From assembly GCA_947478395.1 (NCBI GenBank), contig CANJVR010000002.1, positions 384,001-448,000 of the forward strand: DNA of 64,000 nt. Reading direction: 5' to 3'. Position 1 is the first letter of the stretch. The number at the start of each line of letters is the position of its first letter. Below the pieces are notes generated by a model. It was not told where the DNA came from. It saw only the letters and a list, made by a program, of their open reading frames with translations, and did not search any database. The position numbers and the translations under genes were made by a program. Positions 58,782 through 64,000 of this stretch are shown here, one piece after another. The stretch comes from Opitutia bacterium (GTDB lineage: Bacteria > Verrucomicrobiota > Verrucomicrobiia > Opitutales > Opitutaceae).

Positions 58782-59735
58782 TCAGGCGCGCGGGTGCGCC
58801 TTCGCATAAATTTCCTGCAGTCGGGCGATGCTCACGTGGGTGTAAACTTGCGTCGTCGTGAGCAGCGCGTGGCCGAGCAATTCCTGCACCAGACGCAAAT
58901 CGGCGCCGGCATTCAGCAAGTGCGTCGCGTAGGAGTGTCGCAGCTTGTGCGGCGTGAGCGCATGGGGCAGTTCCGCGAGCGCCAGGTAACGCTTCAGCAT
59001 GAGTTGCACGACGCGCACCGTCATTCGACTGCCGTCGGGATTCATGAGTACGGGATCGCTCAGACCCGCGCGCGGCGCGAACTCGTCCCGCACTTTTTTC
59101 AACACCGTGAGCGCGACGCGGCCGAGCGGACAAATCCGCTCCTTCCGCCCCTTACCCACGACGCGCGCCACCCCGCTATCGAAATCCACGGCACCATAGT
59201 TGAGGGCCACGAGTTCGCTCACGCGTAGTCCGCCGCCGTACAGCAGCTCCATGGCGAGCCGGTCCCGCCATGCAACCTCCGGCAGCGCGGTTTCGTTTTC
59301 GATCAATCGCTGCGGTCCGAGCAGCAATCGTTTCATCTGCTCCTCGGTTAAAAAAACCGGCAGGCGTTTTTCCAACTTCGGTAGCGGCACACCCGCGAAA
59401 GGATTTCGTTTCAGCCGTCCGCGCTGTTGCCAAAATTTCGCCCACGCCCGCAGGCCGGACACGTGATTGTGCAACGTGCGTCGGTCGAACCGTCGCCGCG
59501 CCTCGATCACGAAGTCCCGTACCTCGCGCACCTGCAAGGCATCCACCCCGCGCGCCCACACGCCGGCCGCCTGAGCCCAGCGATAAAAATCCTCAAACGC
59601 CTGCCGGTAATTTCGCACCGTGTAGACCGAGCACCGCCGCTCCAAAGCGAGATAGTCGGCAAAGGGCGTCCACCACTCCGCGGTCACACCCGCTGGTAGC
59701 GCCGCGAGCTTCGGGCGCCGCGGCTTAGCTTTCAC
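58782..59735 (-). CDS. xerC: Tyrosine recombinase XerC
   Basis: LYGGGLRVSE, GKGRKER, HKLRHSYATH, QELLGH, TTQVY, C-terminal HPRA; GTG start overlaps mazG stop. Confidence 0.9.
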   Translation of the reverse strand: MKAKPRRPKLAALPAGVTAEWWTPFADYLALERRCSVYTVRNYRQAFEDFYRWAQAAGVWARGVDALQVREVRDFVIEARRRFDRRTLHNHVSGLRAWAKFWQQRGRLKRNPFAGVPLPKLEKRLPVFLTEEQMKRLLLGPQRLIENETALPEVAWRDRLAMELLYGGGLRVSELVALNYGAVDFDSGVARVVGKGRKERICPLGRVALTVLKKVRDEFAPRAGLSDPVLMNPDGSRMTVRVVQLMLKRYLALAELPHALTPHKLRHSYATHLLNAGADLRLVQELLGHALLTTTQVYTHVSIARLQEIYAKAHPRA

Positions 59736-60403
59736 GTCCTCACTCCTTCCCCGGCCTGCCTCTCGACCGCCCGCATCACCTTCGTCGCGTGTAAACGCAA
59801 CGCACCCTCGGGATCGAGGCCTTTGGCGCGGGCCGCCGCCGTCAATTCGAAGAGTATTTGCCCGAGTCGATCGTTCGTGAGGTCCACCTCCAACGCCCGG
59901 ACTTGCGGAATATCCACGGCGCGATCCGCCGGCAGCGCCTTCTTCTCGATCTGTTTCCACACGGCCTCCGCAAACATCAACGCCGGCAAGCGCGGTGGCA
60001 GCTCTTTGAAAATCCCGGACGGCACAGCGCCATGCTTTTTTTCCAGCGCCTTGATCTGTTCCCACTGCACCAGCACCTGCTCAGACGTGTCGAGTTTGCC
60101 ACTGCCGAACACATGCGGATGCCGGCGCACGAGTTTCTCGTTCACTTCCTGCGCGACATCTTCCAACGAAAAATGGCCGGCCTCGGCCGCGAGCTGGGCG
60201 TGAAATACGACTTGAATGAGCACGTCGCCCAATTCCTCTCGCATGTGGGCCATGTCGCCACGATCGATGGTGTCGATCAGCTCACTCACCTCGTCGATCA
60301 AACATCGCACGAGCGTGGCGTGCGTCTGCTCTTGATCCCACGGACACCCGCCCGGCCCCCGGAGCCGCGCGATCGTCGCCTTCAATTCATCCATCGCGTT
60401 CAT
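59732..60403 (-). CDS. mazG: MazG nucleoside triphosphate pyrophosphohydrolase
   Basis: GCPWDQEQT, EELGDVL.QVVFH, KLVRRHPHVF, WEQIK. Confidence 0.94.
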   Translation of the reverse strand: MNAMDELKATIARLRGPGGCPWDQEQTHATLVRCLIDEVSELIDTIDRGDMAHMREELGDVLIQVVFHAQLAAEAGHFSLEDVAQEVNEKLVRRHPHVFGSGKLDTSEQVLVQWEQIKALEKKHGAVPSGIFKELPPRLPALMFAEAVWKQIEKKALPADRAVDIPQVRALEVDLTNDRLGQILFELTAAARAKGLDPEGALRLHATKVMRAVERQAGEGVRT

Positions 60404-60496
60404 TGTGCCCGGCAGTTAGCCCGGTGAATCCGGCGAATACACGGAAATTTTTCCGCTTTGTGTTCCCGCTCTTCCGTGTGTTCCGTAGGCAGCTTC

Positions 60497-61294
60497 ATGT
60501 CCGACAAGCTCACTGAGATTATGGCCTGGAAGCGTCAGGAGATCGCCCCTCTCCTGCGGCCGGTGCCGTTGGCCGAACTCGCCGCTGTGCACGCCAGCCT
60601 GCCGCCTGTGCCTTCGTTCGCGGCTGCTCTCCGCCGGCCCGACGGCCAGTTGGGCGTCATCGCCGAGATCAAACGACGCTCGCCATCGGCGGGCGCCATC
60701 GCCACCGGCGTCTCCGCGACCGATCAAGCGGCAAAGTATCGAGCCGCCGGCGCGAGCGCACTCTCGGTCTTGACCGACGAGAAATTTTTCGGCGGAACGC
60801 TCGGCGATCTCTCGGCGGCGACCGATTTTTTCCGGGCTTCACCTCCTGCGGTCCCATGTCTGCGCAAGGATTTTTTCATCCATCCCATCCAGGTCGTGCA
60901 AGCCCGACAGGCCGGCGCCAGCGCAATTCTGATTATTGTCCGCGCGCTCTCGGATGAGGAGATCGCGTTGCTTCACGCCTCGGCGGCGGCCGCGGGGCTC
61001 GACGCCCTTTTCGAGATTCACCACGAACCCGACTTGGCGCGCGCGGTGTTGCACGGGGCTAAAATTATCGGCGTCAACAATCGCGATCTCGCGATCTTCA
61101 AAACCGATCTAGCGCTGAGCGAACGGCTCATTCCGCAGTTTCCGGCCGGCGTTACCGCCGTGAGCGAGAGCGGCATCTTTACGGCGGCCGACGCCCATCG
61201 CGTTCGTGCGGCTGGAGCTCACGCCGTGCTGGTCGGTGAAGCACTCATGAAAGCGGCGGATCCGGCCGGCCTTATTGCCGGATTTCGCGCATGA
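60497..61294 (+). CDS. trpC: Indole-3-glycerol phosphate synthase
   Basis: IAEIKRRSPSAG, LSVLTD, LRKDF, GVNNRDL, SESGI, LVGEALM. Confidence 0.97.
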   Translation: MSDKLTEIMAWKRQEIAPLLRPVPLAELAAVHASLPPVPSFAAALRRPDGQLGVIAEIKRRSPSAGAIATGVSATDQAAKYRAAGASALSVLTDEKFFGGTLGDLSAATDFFRASPPAVPCLRKDFFIHPIQVVQARQAGASAILIIVRALSDEEIALLHASAAAAGLDALFEIHHEPDLARAVLHGAKIIGVNNRDLAIFKTDLALSERLIPQFPAGVTAVSESGIFTAADAHRVRAAGAHAVLVGEALMKAADPAGLIAGFRA

Positions 61295-61641
61295 CCATCC
61301 ATCGCCCCAGGGCGCTGCTGCCGCGCAAAAAGTTTCTCCACCGCCTCGCGCGCAGCATGGTGGTGGGCGCGCTCATGATCCTGGTTTCTCTCACCATCGG
61401 CATGGTTGGCTACCACGTCCTTGGGGGCCTCTCGTGGATCGATGCCTTTCTTGATGCCTCGATGATCCTTTCCGGCATGGGGCCGCTTTCCCAGCTGCAC
61501 AACGACCAGGTCAAATTTTTTGCCGGGTGCTATGCGATTTATTGCGGACTCGCACTGATCAGCACCGCCGGCGTGATGCTCGCTCCGCTCATTCACCGTT
61601 ACCTGCACAAGTTCCATCTCGAGGACGACGCGAACGTCTGA
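61291..61641 (+). CDS. Small 2-TM membrane protein with K+-channel-like pore segment
   Basis: TM1 - SWIDAFLDASMILSGMGP - TM2; ATGA overlap with trpC. Confidence 0.75.
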   Translation: MTIHRPRALLPRKKFLHRLARSMVVGALMILVSLTIGMVGYHVLGGLSWIDAFLDASMILSGMGPLSQLHNDQVKFFAGCYAIYCGLALISTAGVMLAPLIHRYLHKFHLEDDANV

Positions 61642-61643
61642 TT

Positions 61644-62501
61644 ATGCCGTTATCTCCCACTGCCACGCGCGACCTCCTGGCGCAACTCGGACACGCGCCG
61701 AAACGTTTTCTTGGGCAGAATTTCCTCGTCGATGGCAACATCGTGCGCAAGTCCCTCGAACTCGCCAGCGTCGCACCCGGCGACGCCGTGATCGAGATCG
61801 GGCCCGGGCTCGGTACGTTGACCTCCGCGCTCCTTGAAGCAGGAGCGGAAGTATGGGCGGTCGAAAAAGACCCGACACTTTTCGGGCATCTTGCGGCGAC
61901 GCTCGCGCTGCAGTTTCCTGATCGGCTCCATTTGCTTCACGGCGACGCGGTCGAACATCCATTGGCCGGATTCGGCGCAGGCAACCCTTCGAGTCCGCCT
62001 CGCGCCGACTTTAAAGTCGTGGCCAACCTGCCCTACGCGATCGCCACGCCGTGGCTCGATGCCGTGTTAGGCGGGCCGTTGCCCGCGACGCTCGTACTCA
62101 TGCTCCAACAGGAGGCGGCCCAGCGCTATACGGCCGTGCCCGGCACCAAGGCGGTCGGCGCCATTTCGGTTTTCCTGCAATCGGCTTATGGCGTGGCGCC
62201 GGGCCACAAAGTACCGGCCGCTTGTTTTTACCCGCGCCCCGACATCGAATCTTATCTCCTGAATTTGGTGCGCCGACCCCGTCCATTTATTTTTTCAAGC
62301 GCGAACAAGGCGCTCATCCGCGAGTGCTTTCAGCAACGACGGAAGCAAATCGCCTCACTCCTTCGGGGACGTTTGTCCGATGGTGGCGCAGTCTGGCTGG
62401 AACATCTGCGCTCAGCCGGCCTCTCAGGCCAAAGCCGGCCGGAAGATATTCCCAGCGAGTTGTGGCAACAATTGTCCCCAACCAGCGCAACTGCGGCTTG
62501 A
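61644..62501 (+). CDS. rsmA: 16S rRNA m6,2A dimethyltransferase
   Basis: LGQNFL, EIGPGLG, VEKD, VANLPY, F.PRP.I.S, FQQRRK. Confidence 0.96.
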   Translation: MPLSPTATRDLLAQLGHAPKRFLGQNFLVDGNIVRKSLELASVAPGDAVIEIGPGLGTLTSALLEAGAEVWAVEKDPTLFGHLAATLALQFPDRLHLLHGDAVEHPLAGFGAGNPSSPPRADFKVVANLPYAIATPWLDAVLGGPLPATLVLMLQQEAAQRYTAVPGTKAVGAISVFLQSAYGVAPGHKVPAACFYPRPDIESYLLNLVRRPRPFIFSSANKALIRECFQQRRKQIASLLRGRLSDGGAVWLEHLRSAGLSGQSRPEDIPSELWQQLSPTSATAA

Positions 62502-62536
62502 AAGCCCGGCTGCTCACACTACTGATAACTCTACCC

Positions 62537-63250
62537 ATGCGATTCCCAGCCGCCCTTATTGCTATCGTTGCCCTGACCTCCTTCGCGCACGCACAAGATC
62601 AAGGCGCGCCGCCGATTCTGGGCCGTGTCGAAGGCCGAAACTATGTTTCGCCCACCGGTGCGTTCAAGGTCGTGATTCCCGTACTCCCCGAATTGGGCGG
62701 CACGATCACCGACACGCCCAACGTCGTCACCTTTCAGGACGACTTTAATATCCACATCAGTATCGCTGCATTTCCGCAGGACGCGACGCAGCGCTGGGAA
62801 ATGACCACGCGCGGCCTCAAGGATTACCTGGTTTATTTCTTCAGCAATTACGTGCTCTCCGATTTCAAGCAGAGCTTCGAGGGGGCCTCGATCGAGAGCG
62901 CGAAATTCGTCCCAAGCGTCATGGACGGGGAACTGATCACGTACATTTTGCTCCCGGGTGGTTCGATGTTCATGGACAAGCTTCCCTTGATTGCCGAAAA
63001 CGCCGCGCCTCCGATCGCCAAGCGGGCCAACGCGCTTTTTGTGAAGAACGGTCACATTTTTGTCATTAGCGTCGAGTTGGCCGAACGGGTGCTTGAGCGC
63101 TCCACCTACAAAAAGACCGTGGCTGAGGAGGATGAAATTTTGCGGCAACGTCTGGTTGAGGCGGTGGCGCGAATCACGTTCCCCAAGCCCGCGCCAATCC
63201 CTCCCCCGTCGGCTCCGGCGATCCCGCCCTCGTTGATGCGGGCGAAGTGA
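62537..63250 (+). CDS. Exported hypothetical protein
   Basis: Signal peptide MRFPAALIAIVALTSFAHA; Pro-rich C-terminus. Confidence 0.7.
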   Translation: MRFPAALIAIVALTSFAHAQDQGAPPILGRVEGRNYVSPTGAFKVVIPVLPELGGTITDTPNVVTFQDDFNIHISIAAFPQDATQRWEMTTRGLKDYLVYFFSNYVLSDFKQSFEGASIESAKFVPSVMDGELITYILLPGGSMFMDKLPLIAENAAPPIAKRANALFVKNGHIFVISVELAERVLERSTYKKTVAEEDEILRQRLVEAVARITFPKPAPIPPPSAPAIPPSLMRAK

Positions 63251-63303
63251 GCGCGCGACGCTCCGACGTGGCGGCAGGCGGAATGAATGTTAGCTGATCG
63301 CTC

Positions 63304-63552
63304 ATGACCCTCTCGGGCTTTGTCAGCTTTGTTCTGGTTGGCACGCTCGCCGGCTGGCTGAGCGGAGTGTTCACCAAGGGCCGGGGCTTCGGTCTCGCAG
63401 GCAATATCATCATCGGCATCAGCGGCGCATTTCTTGGCGGCTTCTGTAGCGGGCGGTTGGGAATTTCCGCGCATGGATCCCTAGGCCAGCTGATTTTCGC
63501 GGTCCTCGGATCGCTCGTCGTAGTCTGGCTGTTGCAATTCATCAAACGATGA
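63304..63552 (+). CDS. GlsB/YeaQ/YmgE family stress membrane protein
   Basis: G.LAGWL...GFGL.GNIIIGI.GAFLGG; 3 TMs. Confidence 0.9.
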   Translation: MTLSGFVSFVLVGTLAGWLSGVFTKGRGFGLAGNIIIGISGAFLGGFCSGRLGISAHGSLGQLIFAVLGSLVVVWLLQFIKR

Positions 63553-64000
63553 CGCCGGCGGGTTTCCAGTTGCGCGATGCCACGACGGCCGACCTCCCCG
63601 CGATCGTCGAGATCTACAATGCAACCATTCCAGGTCGGATGGCCACGGCCGACACCGAGCCGATCACCGTGGCGAGCCGCCTGGCGTGGTTCGAAGCGCA
63701 CAATCCCGCGACCCGTCCTCTTTGGGTACTGGTGGATGATGGTTCGAACACCGTCGCCGCATGGCTGAGTTTCAATTCATTCTACGGCCGCCCGGCGTAT
63801 AATCCGACCGCGGAACTCAGTTTGTATGTGGCGGAGTCATACCGTCGACGCGGATTAGGTCGGTGGCTGTTGCAGCAGGCGATCGGCCGGGCCCCAGGAT
63901 GTGAGCTCAGTAATTTGCTCGGCTTCATCTGGGCGCACAACGGTGCCAGTCTGCGCCTCTTCGAGGAATTCGGATTCGAGCGCTGGGGGCATTTGCCGCG
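63549..64000 (+). CDS. GNAT N-acetyltransferase (phosphinothricin acetyltransferase/YncA-like), 3' truncated
   Basis: Manual translation from ATG 63549: DLPAIVEIYN...FYGRPAY..TAELSLYV...RRRGLG...HNGASLRLF..FGFERWG. Confidence 0.9.
   Translation, partial: MTPAGFQLRDATTADLPAIVEIYNATIPGRMATADTEPITVASRLAWFEAHNPATRPLWVLVDDGSNTVAAWLSFNSFYGRPAYNPTAELSLYVAESYRRRGLGRWLLQQAIGRAPGCELSNLLGFIWAHNGASLRLFEEFGFERWGHLP

Noticed and set aside
58782..59735. Tyrosine recombinase as a phage or island integrase
   Set aside because: Size, C-terminal HPRA and housekeeping context fit chromosomal XerC; no att sites or cargo seen
1..64000. CRISPR array, rRNA, IS transposase, prophage
   Set aside because: No regularly spaced 25-45 nt repeats with spacers, no rRNA-like tract, and no transposase or phage structural motifs seen

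Overview
GC-rich, gene-dense bacterial chromosomal segment of about 60 CDS plus tRNA-Gly(CCC) and tRNA-Val(TAC). Gene content (DUF1552/DUF1592 pair, GTTC-N4-GAAC LexA box, few Shine-Dalgarno sites) suggests Verrucomicrobiota, probably Opitutaceae; this is an inference. It is mostly housekeeping: xseB-dxs, recR-ybaB, hisA, hemC/hemD, ilvN-ilvC, asd, menC-menE, guaB, xerC-mazG, trpC-rsmA. Accessory modules are an Amt transporter, a Tat-exported DUF1552 plus CxxCH DUF1592 pair, a methyltransferase with two GT-C-like membrane proteins, a lexA-imuA-imuB-dnaE2 mutagenesis cassette, and a hydroxy-acid locus (Tat-signal FMN oxidase, lactate permease, glcDEF). I saw no prophage, IS, CRISPR array or rRNA. 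Intergenic DNA carries GTRG-type REP palindromes and palindromes built from 7-, 8- or 9-nt periodic arms. The most notable oddities are: His->Glu in the Amt twin-His pore; interlocked start codons of divergent asd and an L,D-transpeptidase; tRNA-Val sitting as the leader of ilvN-ilvC; a sigma54 site placed for a leaderless ade mRNA; a nested double palindrome at the lexA operator; and a minimal K+-channel-like protein with a non-GYG filter. All product calls come from motif recognition by eye; no database searches were run.
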